Under the pieces are notes generated by a model, which worked only from the letters and a program-made list of their open reading frames with translations, did not search any database and was not told where the DNA came from. Of a stretch of DNA of 24,000 nucleotides, positions 1-7,395 are shown piece after piece. The stretch is taken from NCBI GenBank assembly GCA_963787985.1, contig CAWBEL010000004.1, positions 973,853-997,852 on the forward strand. The letters run 5' to 3'. The DNA comes from an uncultured Actinomycetota bacterium. Lineage in GTDB: Bacteria > Actinomycetota > Actinomycetes > Mycobacteriales > Jatrophihabitantaceae. Each line of letters begins with the position of its first letter. The first letter of the stretch is position 1. The position numbers and the translations under genes were made by a program.

Positions 1-1
1 G

Positions 2-181
2 GTGACCGGGTCCGCGCACTGCGCGCTCGCCCCGTTCTGGTGCGAGCGTCTCGAACGTCCGGCTCTCACCGGGGTCCAGCTGTCCGCCCGCACCGGCCGG
101 GTCGGCGTCGAACTACGGGACGACCGGGTGCTGCTGACCGGGACTGCGGTGACGGTGCTCGACGGCGAGTTCACCGGCTGA
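2..181 (+). CDS. PhzF-family isomerase-like protein, C-terminal fragment (5' end outside window)
   Basis: Frame 2 reads VTGSAHCALAPFWCERLERPALTGVQLSARTGRVGVELRDDRVLLTGTAVTVLDGEFTG, then TGA at 179-181. The TGSAHCALAP(F/Y)W ... QLSAR.G motif order is typical of PhzF/YddE-family C-termini. Confidence 0.6.
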   Translation: MTGSAHCALAPFWCERLERPALTGVQLSARTGRVGVELRDDRVLLTGTAVTVLDGEFTG

Positions 182-198
182 CGTTCACCGGCTGACGT
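171..198. repeat. Perfect 14-bp tandem duplication (tcaccggctgacgt x2) spanning the stop codon of the PhzF-like gene
   Basis: Read directly: 171-184 and 185-198 are identical. The first copy contains the TGA stop at 179-181. Confidence 0.9.
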
Positions 199-361
199 AC
201 GGCGACCCGGCGCCGCACCCGGGGGCCGGATGTACCACCTGGTCCACCTGGGCGTCCGACGACAGATCGCCGGGCACCGCCCGACCCGGGCCGCGACGCG
301 GGGGGTCGGAGGGCGCACCGGCGACCCGATGCCTCTGGCCACTGACGTGGCGCGGAGTCCG

Positions 362-871
362 TCAGCTGCTGGACTTCCTCGCCGGCGACTTGCGCGTGGC
401 CGTCTTCTTCGCTGCCGTGGTCTTGCGGGCGGCGGTCTTCCTGGCAGTGCTGGCCTTCTTGGCCGCCGCCTTCTTCGCCGGCGCCTTGCGCGCGGTCTTC
501 TTCGCGGCGCTGGCCTTCTTCGCGGCTGCCTTCTTCGCCGGCGCCTTGCGGGCGGCCGTCTTCTTGGCCGCCGTGGTCTTGCGGGCGGCCGTCTTCTTGG
601 CCGCCGTGGTCTTGCGGGCGGCCGTCTTCTTCGCGGCAGTGGCCTTCTTGGCCGCCGCCTTCTTCGCCGGCGCCTTGCGGGCGACGGTCTTCTTGGCCGC
701 GCTCGCCTTGCGCGCGACGGTCTTCTTGGCCGCGCTCGCCTTGCGCGCGACGGTCTTCTTCGCGGCTGACGCCTTCTTCGCAACGGACTTCTTCGCGGCG
801 GCGGCCTTCTTGGCCGGAGCCTTGCGAGCCGCGGCTTTCTTGGCCGGACTCTTCTTAGCTGGTGCGGTCAT
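362..871 (-). CDS. Lys/Ala-rich histone H1-like (HU-tail-like) repetitive DNA-binding protein, no globular domain
   Basis: ATG at 869-871 is preceded by GAGGAGG (minus strand ...ccgaGGAGGcagaccgcATG). The 169-aa product is [28 protein letters not shown]... made of (A/T/S)AKK and ARK repeats. Stop TGA is at 362-364. The longer 243-aa track ORF upstream of this ATG looks non-coding. Confidence 0.75.
   Translation of the reverse strand: MTAPAKKSPAKKAAARKAPAKKAAAAKKSVAKKASAAKKTVARKASAAKKTVARKASAAKKTVARKAPAKKAAAKKATAAKKTAARKTTAAKKTAARKTTAAKKTAARKAPAKKAAAKKASAAKKTARKAPAKKAAAKKASTARKTAARKTTAAKKTATRKSPARKSSS
545..631. repeat. 33-nt in-frame tandem repeat (2 perfect copies plus a partial one) inside the Lys/Ala-rich gene
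   Basis: ggcggccgtcttcttggccgccgtggtcttgcg at 551-583 and 584-616 are identical, and a third copy matches for 15 nt. Encodes the [11 protein letters not shown] periodicity. Confidence 0.9.
681..760. repeat. Second 33-nt in-frame tandem repeat (2 perfect copies plus a partial one) inside the Lys/Ala-rich gene
   Basis: gcgacggtcttcttggccgcgctcgccttgcgc at 681-713 and 714-746 are identical, followed by a partial third copy. A separate 39-nt module recurs at 452-490 and 641-679. Confidence 0.9.
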
Positions 872-1115
872 GCGGTCTGCCTCCTCGGCAACGGACGACG
901 GATATGTCCCTCGTTGCGACCAAGTTGACGATGACCAGACGTCGTCGTCAACAGGGCGCGCCGTTCGTCGTAGATGCGCCCATCGCAGCGCGCGATCGAT
1001 GAGGAACCGGTGAACTGCAATGACAGCGCCGCTTCCCTTACGCGCAAGGGGATTCACGCCCGCGATGATCGCCGATCCCGAACGAGACGGCAAACCAGGC
1101 TCACGAAAGAATTTT

Positions 1116-1133
1116 CCATACCTTTGGGTATGG
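1116..1133 (-). terminator. Candidate hairpin just 3' of the glycerate kinase remnant, in a rare AT-rich patch
   Basis: CCATACC-tttg-GGTATGG forms a 7-bp stem 8 nt beyond the stop at 1142-1144. On the minus strand it is followed by AAAATTCTTT. The stem is weak and the U-tract imperfect. Confidence 0.25.
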
Positions 1134-1141
1134 ACACGCCT

Positions 1142-1873
1142 TCAACGTCGGAACGCATCGACGAGCAGCTCGTGCGCCGCGCGCTCGATGCACTCCAGCG
1201 TGTTCGTCATCGCCGCGTTCACACCGAAACGGGCGCGCAACGACTCGCGCTGACATCGACGTCGACGACGATGTCCCCGGCGATCACCACGCATGTCGTA
1301 CCGGACGCGCGGCAGCGCGCCACCACGCCGCCGACGACCTTGCCGTCGAAGGACGAGGCGTCGACACGGCCCTCGCCGGTCATGACGACATCGGCCGCGG
1401 TCACCGCATCGTCGAGGCGCGCTTGTTCCGCGACGACGTCGAAGCCCCGGACCAGACGACCGCCGACGGCCGCCGTCGCTGGACGCGCTGCCCCCGAGCC
1501 CCAGCACGATCCGCGTCGCACCGGCACGGACCGCTGCCTCGAGCAGCTGGCCGGTCCCGTACGACGTCGCCGCCACCGCATCGTTGTTCTCGCCACCGCC
1601 GACGAGCGCGAGCCCGGACGCGAGCGCGCTCTCGATGACCGCCGTGCCCTGCTCGAGACGCCACGCCGCCCGCACGGTGCGGCCGTCCGGCGCTGTCACG
1701 GCCGAGTGCCGCGTCGCGCCGCCGAAGACGTCGAGCAACCCGTCACCACCGTCGGACAACGCCACTGCCTGGGCGTCGGCGCCCAGCGCGTGCGCGGCCC
1801 GTACGACCGCCTCGCCGGCGGCGAACGAGGTGGCGGTGCCCTTGAACTCGTCGAGGGCCGCGAGCACGCGCAC
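1142..1873 (-). pseudogene. Glycerate kinase (GlxK/GarK family) remnant with an internal deletion and two frame changes
   Basis: The N-terminal 135 aa (MRVLAALDEFKGTATS...SDGGDGLLDVF...TSYGTGQLL...LGLGGSASSDGG) are good glycerate kinase. The frame then turns to Arg-rich nonsense. The family continuation (GGRLVRGFDVVAEQARLDDAVTAADVVMTGEGRVDASSFDGKVVGGV...VVIAGDIVVDVDV) lies in the 1219-1596 frame. The C-terminus (ESLRARFGVNAAMTNTLECIERAAHELL) returns to the first frame near 1255. Total span is 732 nt against about 1.1 kb for intact homologues, and the central domain between GGSxxDGG and AAGG is missing. Confidence 0.7.
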
Positions 1874-1882
1874 CCTGGTCGG

Positions 1883-2800
1883 TCAGCTCGTCGTCGTCGC
1901 GGCCGCGGCGCGGCGCAGCGCGTCGAGCACCACGCGCACGGCCGGCGTCGGCTCGTTGCGCGAGCGCCGGTAGATCACGCCGATGCGGCGCGCGCCGAGA
2001 CCGGGCAGGGCGACGACGCGGACGTCGGCCGGCGCCGACGCGTTCACGGCCAGCTGCGGCACGAACGCGGCCGCGAGACCGGCGGCCACCATCGCCAGGG
2101 CCGCGGTGAACTCGCGGCACAGATGTGGTGCGGGCAGCGGCAGACCGGTCGAGCTGCGGACGCGGGCCATCGCCTGGCCGGTCGCGCTGTCCGGCGGCCC
2201 GTCGACCCAGGGCCGGTCGGACACCGCCTTGAGGTCGTCGAACTCCGGCCAGTCGAGCGGGACGGCCACCCGGAAGGGGTCGTCGGCCAGCGCCTCGTAG
2301 TACAACCCGCGCGGCGTGATCCGACGGCGCGGGGCGTCGTCCTCGACGAGCGCGAGGTCGACGCGGCCGGCCTGCACGTCCTCGGCAGCGGCGCGCTCGT
2401 CGACGTTGACCACCTGCGGCTCGATGCCGGGATAGGTGCGGGCGAGCTCGACGAGGGCCGTCCCGGCGAAACCGCGCAGCACCGTGAAGAAGGCGGAGAT
2501 CACGACCGGGCCGGACACCTTGTCCGAGAGCGAGGCCAACTCCGCCTCGGCGTCATCGAGCACCTGCACCATCGAGTCGGCGTGCGCGACCAACCGACGC
2601 CCGGCCAGAGTGAACTCGATGGGTCGCTGGCCACCTCGCCGCGAGCGGTCGATCAGGGCGAAGCCGGTCTCGCGCTCCAGCAGCGCTAGCTGCTGGGAGA
2701 TGGCCGACGGCGAAACGTGCAAGGCGTTGGCGGCCCCGACGACCCCGCCGTAGCGGTCCACGGCGCGGAGCACCACGAGGCGTCGCGGATCGATGGTCAT
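1883..2800 (-). CDS. LysR-family transcriptional regulator
   Basis: 305-aa ORF. The N-terminal wHTH is LRAVDRYGGVVGAANALHVSPSAISQQLALLERETG, followed by a LysR substrate-binding-type C-terminal domain. Confidence 0.85.
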   Translation of the reverse strand: MTIDPRRLVVLRAVDRYGGVVGAANALHVSPSAISQQLALLERETGFALIDRSRRGGQRPIEFTLAGRRLVAHADSMVQVLDDAEAELASLSDKVSGPVVISAFFTVLRGFAGTALVELARTYPGIEPQVVNVDERAAAEDVQAGRVDLALVEDDAPRRRITPRGLYYEALADDPFRVAVPLDWPEFDDLKAVSDRPWVDGPPDSATGQAMARVRSSTGLPLPAPHLCREFTAALAMVAAGLAAAFVPQLAVNASAPADVRVVALPGLGARRIGVIYRRSRNEPTPAVRVVLDALRRAAAATTTS

Positions 2801-2861
2801 GAGGAACAGATTCGACCAGGTAGTGGCGGGCGTGCAATCACCCGCCGGCTCGGCGTGCGGT

Positions 2862-3185
2862 TCAGCCGGACCAGACGTCGGACAGACCCACCAGCTCGAC
2901 CAGCCGGGCGACGCGCGGGGAGGGGTTGCGGATCGAGAAGCTGGCGCCGCGGTCCTCGGCGTCGCGCGACAGTTCCACGAAGGCGCCGATGCCGGTGGAG
3001 TCCATGAAGGACACGTCGGCGAGGTCGAGGATCAGCCCGTCGACGTCGTCGCGGCCCAGCGACTCGCGGCCGGCGGCCAGCAGGCGGTCGCGGCTCTGCA
3101 GATCGATCGAGCCGGAGATGAGAAGCAGGGCGCGGTCGTCGACGTCGGCGTCCTCGACGATGCTCAGATCCATGCCCGCAGACAC
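2862..3185 (-). CDS. STAS-domain anti-sigma-factor antagonist (SpoIIAA/RsbV-like)
   Basis: 107 aa. Contains LDLADVSFMDSTGIGAFVEL with the conserved phosphorylatable DST(G) motif. GTG at 3183-3185; an alternative ATG lies at 3171-3173. Confidence 0.8.
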   Translation of the reverse strand: MSAGMDLSIVEDADVDDRALLLISGSIDLQSRDRLLAAGRESLGRDDVDGLILDLADVSFMDSTGIGAFVELSRDAEDRGASFSIRNPSPRVARLVELVGLSDVWSG

Positions 3186-3294
3186 TACAGAGCGGTCGGG
3201 GAACCTCGTCCAGCGGTGACGGCATCGTTACCCACCGATCCTACGAGGTGCCCTGTGGCGGGAAGGATCCCCATAATTCGGGCGTTTCGTCGTC

Positions 3295-4404
3295 GTGACC
3301 GAACTCGTGGACCAGCCTGTCACCCCGGCCGCGCCCGCCCGCCGGTGGACGCCGCGGCACGTGCTGGCGACGAGGTCCGCGGCCGAACTGCCCCACGGCC
3401 GCCAGATCCTTGCCCGGTGCGAGGCGGCCGGCGTCCAGGACATCACCGTGCTGAACGGCGACCGGCTGCCCGGGCTGCGGGGCGGTTCCGAGCGCGAGGT
3501 CTACGCCCGCGCCAAGCAGACCCTGGCCGTCGTCGTCGCACCCCCCAGCTCGCTGCGGCCGCAACCCATCCCGCCCAGCGCGGACTGGCGCCTCGACCTC
3601 GCGAAGGGCTGCCCCGCCCACTGCCAGTACTGCTATCTCGCCGGGTCGCTGTCCGGACCGCCGATCACGCGGGTGTACGCGAACCTCGACGACGTGCTCG
3701 CGCCGATCCCCGGACTCGCGGGACACGGCAGCGTGACGACCGGCGATGCACGCCGCGCCGCCGAGGGGACCACCTTCGAGCTGTCCTGCTACACCGACCC
3801 GCTCGGCCTCGAGGCCGTCACGGGCTCGTTGTCCAGCGCGGTCTCCCGCGTCGGTTCGGGTGAGTTCGGCGACGGGGTGAGCCTGCGGTTCACGACGAAG
3901 TTCGACGACGTCGCGTCGCTGGTCGGCCTGCCGCACGGTGGCCGCAGTCGCGTGCGTCTGTCGGTCAACTCGACGTCGGTCGCGCGGCGCTTCGAGGGCG
4001 GGACGGCGCCCGTCACGGCACGGCTGGCCGCGCTGCGCGCCCTGGCCCGTGACGGCTACCCGGTCGGAGTCACCATCGCTCCGGTGATGCCGTTGCCCGG
4101 ATGGCAGTCGGAGTACGCGGACCTGCTGCGCGACATCGCGGCCGCCGTCGAGTCCGTGCCCGACGTCGACCTCACCGTTGAGCTGATCACGCACCGCTTC
4201 ACCGAGGCCAGCCGCGCCGTGCTGCTGTCCTGGTACCCGCAGACGAAGCTCGACCTGGACGAGGCCGGCCGCAGCGCCAAGCGCTCGAAGTTCGGCGGGA
4301 CGAAGTACGTCTATCCGGCCCCGCTGATGCGAGAGATGCGCGCCTGGTTCGACGACGCGGTTTCCACCGCGCTGCCCCAGGCGCGCATCCTCTACTGGAC
4401 GTGA
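3295..4404 (+). CDS. Spore-photoproduct-lyase-family radical SAM protein (SplB-like DNA repair lyase homologue)
   Basis: 369 aa. Radical SAM cluster motif CPAHCQYC (CxxxCxxC) sits in the context DLAKGCPAHCQYCYL. Overall length and order resemble the actinobacterial SPL family. GTG start at 3295. Confidence 0.7.
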   Translation: MTELVDQPVTPAAPARRWTPRHVLATRSAAELPHGRQILARCEAAGVQDITVLNGDRLPGLRGGSEREVYARAKQTLAVVVAPPSSLRPQPIPPSADWRLDLAKGCPAHCQYCYLAGSLSGPPITRVYANLDDVLAPIPGLAGHGSVTTGDARRAAEGTTFELSCYTDPLGLEAVTGSLSSAVSRVGSGEFGDGVSLRFTTKFDDVASLVGLPHGGRSRVRLSVNSTSVARRFEGGTAPVTARLAALRALARDGYPVGVTIAPVMPLPGWQSEYADLLRDIAAAVESVPDVDLTVELITHRFTEASRAVLLSWYPQTKLDLDEAGRSAKRSKFGGTKYVYPAPLMREMRAWFDDAVSTALPQARILYWT

Positions 4405-4417
4405 CGCGCGGCGGCGC

Positions 4418-5953
4418 TCAGACCTCGGCGCCGACGGCCTCGGGTGCCACCTCGGCCTGGACGGGCGCCGGCGTCACCGCAGCGGCCTCCCGCATCTCGG
4501 CGAGACGCTTCTTGGTCGGGAAGAGCAACGCGCCCATGATCGCGCCGGCCGCGAAGGTTCCCGAACTGATGAGGAACGCGACGGTGAAGCCGTGCGTGGC
4601 CGCCTGGGCGGCGAGCCCCGTCCGCAACGAGCGGTGGCTCGTGGCGTAGTCGGCCGTCACCGAGGCGACAATCGTGCTCAGCACCGCGGTGCCCACCGAA
4701 CCGCCGACCTGCTGCATGGTGCTGACCAGGGCCGACGCGACGCCGGCGTCCTGCGGCTGCACGCCCGCGGTGGCCGTGTTCATCGACGGTGCCATGACCA
4801 TGCCCATCGCGAAGCCCATGAAGATCAGTGCAGGCAGCACACCGCTGAGGTAACTCGAGTGCACGTCGAGCCGGCTGAGGTAGAGCAGCGCCAGCGACCC
4901 GACAACCATGCCGACCGTGATGACGACGCGCGGGCCGAAGCGCGGCAGCGTGACGATGTTGGACAGGTTCGAGCTGATCATCACGCAGGCGATCATCGGC
5001 AGGAACGCGAGGCCGGACTCGACCGGACTGAAGCCCTTGACGTTCTGCAGGTAGTAGGTCAGGAACAGGAACAGCCCGAACATCGCCAGGCCGGCGACGG
5101 CCACGGCGGCGAAGGCCGTCCCGCGGGCCCGGTCGGCCACCACGCGCAGCGGCAGCAGCGGCACGGCGACGCGTTGCTCCACGAAGACGAAGGCGACGAG
5201 CAGCACCACACCGAGGATCAGTGAGGTCAGGGTGACGACCGACGTCCAACCGGCGGTCTCCGCGTGCGAGAACCCGAAGACCAGGCCGAACAGGCCGGCC
5301 GAGGCCAGCACGGTGCCGGACCAGTCGATGCGGGCCCGGTGCTCGGAGCGCTCGTTCGACATGTAGATGATCGCCCCGATGCCGGCGGCCGCTGCGAACA
5401 ACACATTGACGTACATGACCCAGCGCCAGGACAGGTACTGCGTCAGCACACCGCCGAGGATGAGGCCGACGGCTCCGCCGGCCACGGCGACGGTGCCGAA
5501 CACGCCGAAGGCACGCCCGCGGTCGCGTGGGTTGCGGAACGTGGTGAGGAGCGTCGACAACGCGGCGGGTGCGAGCATCGCGCCGGCGACGCCCTGCAGG
5601 GCGCGCGCCGCGACGAGGACACCGAACGACGGGGCGGCGCCGCCGATGGCCGAGGCCAACGCGAACGCGAGCAGGCCGCCGAGGAAGGTGCGCTTGCGGC
5701 CGAACAGGTCACCGATCCGCCCGCCGAGCAGCAGCAGGCTGCCGAAGGCGAGCGCGTAGGCGGTGACGATCCACTGCCGCTGACTGTCGTCGAAGCCCAG
5801 ACTGGCCTGGGCCGAGGGCAGGGCAATGTTCACGACGGTCGCGTCGAGCACGACCATCAGCTGGGCGATCGAGACGACCACCAGGATCAGCCACCGGTGG
5901 TCGGAACTGCGTGCTTCTGCGGCCTTGAGATCAGCCGCGGACTTACTGGTCAT
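4418..5953 (-). CDS. MFS transporter, DHA2 (EmrB/QacA, 14-TMS) drug-efflux family
   Basis: 511 aa and strongly hydrophobic, with MFS motif A-like GGRIGDLFGRKR after TM2. Its start overlaps the upstream MarR gene by 11 nt. Confidence 0.85.
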   Translation of the reverse strand: MTSKSAADLKAAEARSSDHRWLILVVVSIAQLMVVLDATVVNIALPSAQASLGFDDSQRQWIVTAYALAFGSLLLLGGRIGDLFGRKRTFLGGLLAFALASAIGGAAPSFGVLVAARALQGVAGAMLAPAALSTLLTTFRNPRDRGRAFGVFGTVAVAGGAVGLILGGVLTQYLSWRWVMYVNVLFAAAAGIGAIIYMSNERSEHRARIDWSGTVLASAGLFGLVFGFSHAETAGWTSVVTLTSLILGVVLLVAFVFVEQRVAVPLLPLRVVADRARGTAFAAVAVAGLAMFGLFLFLTYYLQNVKGFSPVESGLAFLPMIACVMISSNLSNIVTLPRFGPRVVITVGMVVGSLALLYLSRLDVHSSYLSGVLPALIFMGFAMGMVMAPSMNTATAGVQPQDAGVASALVSTMQQVGGSVGTAVLSTIVASVTADYATSHRSLRTGLAAQAATHGFTVAFLISSGTFAAGAIMGALLFPTKKRLAEMREAAAVTPAPVQAEVAPEAVGAEV

Positions 5954-6407
5954 GTCCTACCTTCAGGTTCGGGTGGATTCGGTCGCGGATACAGGAGAAC
6001 GAGGCCGCCAACTGCTGGCGCTCGTTCTCGTCGAGTCCGCCGAAGATCGTTTCCATCACGGCTCGCTTGACCGTCAGAGCCCGCTCGAGCGCTGAGCGCC
6101 CGGCCGGGGTGATCTCGACGAGCCACGCCCGCCGGTCGGTCGGGTCGGGTCCACGGGTGGCCAATCCCTCGCGCTCGAGAGCGTCGAGGGTGTCGGTGAC
6201 CGACCTCGGTGCGAAACCGAGGACGGCGGCCACGGCGGCCTGTTTCACGGGCCCGCACTCGGCGAGCACGCCGAGCACCTTGGCCCTCGACAGCGAGAGC
6301 CCGGACTCGTTCATCGCCTCGTCGACGAGACGGTGGATGCGGTGATGGAGTTCGAAGTAGAGCTGCCCGATCTCGACGGGTGACGGGGCGATCGACTGCC
6401 GAGCCAT
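5943..6407 (-). CDS. MarR-family transcriptional regulator (probably cotranscribed with the MFS pump)
   Basis: Contains the wHTH LSLSRAKVLGVLAECGPVKQAAVAAVLGFAPRSVTDTLDALEREGLATRGPDPTDRRA. I prefer the ATG at 6405-6407 (AAGGGTGG 5 nt upstream) over the track GTG at 6416. Confidence 0.8.
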   Translation of the reverse strand: MARQSIAPSPVEIGQLYFELHHRIHRLVDEAMNESGLSLSRAKVLGVLAECGPVKQAAVAAVLGFAPRSVTDTLDALEREGLATRGPDPTDRRAWLVEITPAGRSALERALTVKRAVMETIFGGLDENERQQLAASFSCIRDRIHPNLKVGHDQ

Positions 6408-6433
6408 CACTACCACCCTTCACGAATCGGAAC

Positions 6434-6456
6434 TACCTCATCGTGAGGAACCTCAG
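6434..6456. promoter_or_regulatory. Candidate MarR operator: ACCTCA-tcg-TGAGG inverted repeat plus a direct ACCTCA copy
   Basis: cctca (6436-6440) and tgagg (6444-6448) form a 5-3-5 inverted repeat. acctca recurs at 6450-6455. The site is about 30-45 nt upstream of the marR start. Confidence 0.25.
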
Positions 6457-6512
6457 CTGTCTGGGTCCTATTCCGCGCCTGCGAAATCTTCGACAGACCA
6501 CTTCGGAGACGC

Positions 6513-6543
6513 TTGACAATAGGCAGGTAAATACCTGCACAAT
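6513..6543 (+). promoter_or_regulatory. Promoter with embedded perfect 7-2-7 palindrome (candidate ArsR-type operator) for the ArsR-SRPBCC gene
   Basis: TTGACA lies at 6513-6518. GCAGGTA-aa-TACCTGC lies at 6523-6538. TGCACAAT ends at 6543, 6 nt before the GTG at 6550. The only GGAG (6547-6550) overlaps the start codon itself, leaving no spacing, so no usable SD. The region is an AT-rich island in GC-rich DNA. Confidence 0.5.
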
Positions 6544-6549
6544 GTCGGA

Positions 6550-7383
6550 GTGGCTTCGGATCTCGTCTTCCGCGCACTCGCCGATCCCACGCGGCGGGCC
6601 CTGCTCGACGTGCTGCACGAGCGGTCGGGCCTGACCCTGTCACAACTGTGCGACGGCCTCGACATGCGACGGCAGTCGGCCACCCAGCACCTCGAGCTGT
6701 TGGCGGCAGCCGGGCTGGTGAGCACAGTCCGCCAGGGGCGCCGCAAGTTGCACTACCTGAATCCGGTCCCGATCCACGACATCCAGACACGCTGGATCTG
6801 GAAGTTCGAGAACCCACGCCTGGCCGCTCTGGCGAGCGTCAGGCAACGAGCGGAGAGGATCGCGATGGCGGACAGGACAAACATCGGCGCGGGTCAGGTT
6901 CCCGACTACGTCTACACGATCTACATCCGCGCCTCCGCCGAGCAGGTGTGGTCCGCGCTGACCGACGCGGACGCGACCGCCCGGTTCTGGGGTCATGCCC
7001 AGGTGTCGGAGTGGACGGTCGGGGCCCAGGTCGACCACGTCCGCATCGACGGGTCAGGCATCTCCGACGCCGCCGGGCGGGTGCTGGAGGTCGAGCGGCC
7101 ACACCGGCTCGCGTTCAGCTTCGACGACCCCGCCCACGCCGACGACCCCACGGTCGAACCGAGCGTTGTCAGCTTCCATATCGAGTCCCACCGGGATCTG
7201 GTCAAGCTCACCGTGACGCACACGCACCTGCGGACGGCCGACGAACTCGACACGATCGGGCAGGGGTGGCCCACGGTGATGTCGAACCTGAAGACGCTGC
7301 TCGAGACGGGCGAGCCACTCCCGCAGGCTCCCTGGGAATTCGACGCCGAGCAAAGCTCCGTGCACGCCGCCGGGAACTGCTGA
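6550..7383 (+). CDS. ArsR/SmtB-family wHTH regulator fused to an SRPBCC (AHSA1/Aha1-like) ligand-binding domain
   Basis: N-terminus: FRALADPTRRALLDVLHERSGLTLSQLCDGLDMRRQSATQHLELLAAAGLV. C-terminal half: YTIYIRASAEQVWSALTDADATARFWG...RLAFSF...LTVTHTHL...GWPTVMSNLKTLLETG. One uninterrupted 277-aa frame. Confidence 0.75.
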   Translation: MASDLVFRALADPTRRALLDVLHERSGLTLSQLCDGLDMRRQSATQHLELLAAAGLVSTVRQGRRKLHYLNPVPIHDIQTRWIWKFENPRLAALASVRQRAERIAMADRTNIGAGQVPDYVYTIYIRASAEQVWSALTDADATARFWGHAQVSEWTVGAQVDHVRIDGSGISDAAGRVLEVERPHRLAFSFDDPAHADDPTVEPSVVSFHIESHRDLVKLTVTHTHLRTADELDTIGQGWPTVMSNLKTLLETGEPLPQAPWEFDAEQSSVHAAGNC

Positions 7384-7395
7384 CCTCCCGGCGCC

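Noticed and set aside
230-1013. ORFs 230-769 (+) and 390-1013 (+), 179 and 207 aa, antisense to the Lys/Ala-rich gene
   Set aside because: Their products are Leu/Arg/Gly or Ala/Phe/Val repeats, which are simply the complement of AAG/GCC-rich repeats. They have no SD or sensible start, and the minus-strand frame has the SD and a recognisable protein type.
974-2689. 571-aa plus-strand ORF spanning the glycerate kinase and LysR loci
   Set aside because: It is Arg/Gly/Ala-rich and has no domain-like sequence. It lies antisense to two genes with clear family signatures. This is a typical long open frame of high-GC DNA.
2801-2861. Hairpin GGCGGG-N10-CCCGCC between the STAS and LysR genes as a terminator or LysR box
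   Set aside because: The stem is short and GC-only with no U-tract, and I could not pin down a clear T-N11-A LysR motif. The evidence is insufficient.
3241-4194. 317-aa minus-strand ORF antisense to the SplB-like gene (also 2793-3863 on the plus strand)
   Set aside because: Off-frame composition (Arg/Gly/Asp/Pro runs). The radical SAM frame on the plus strand carries the CxxxCxxC motif and family-like sequence.
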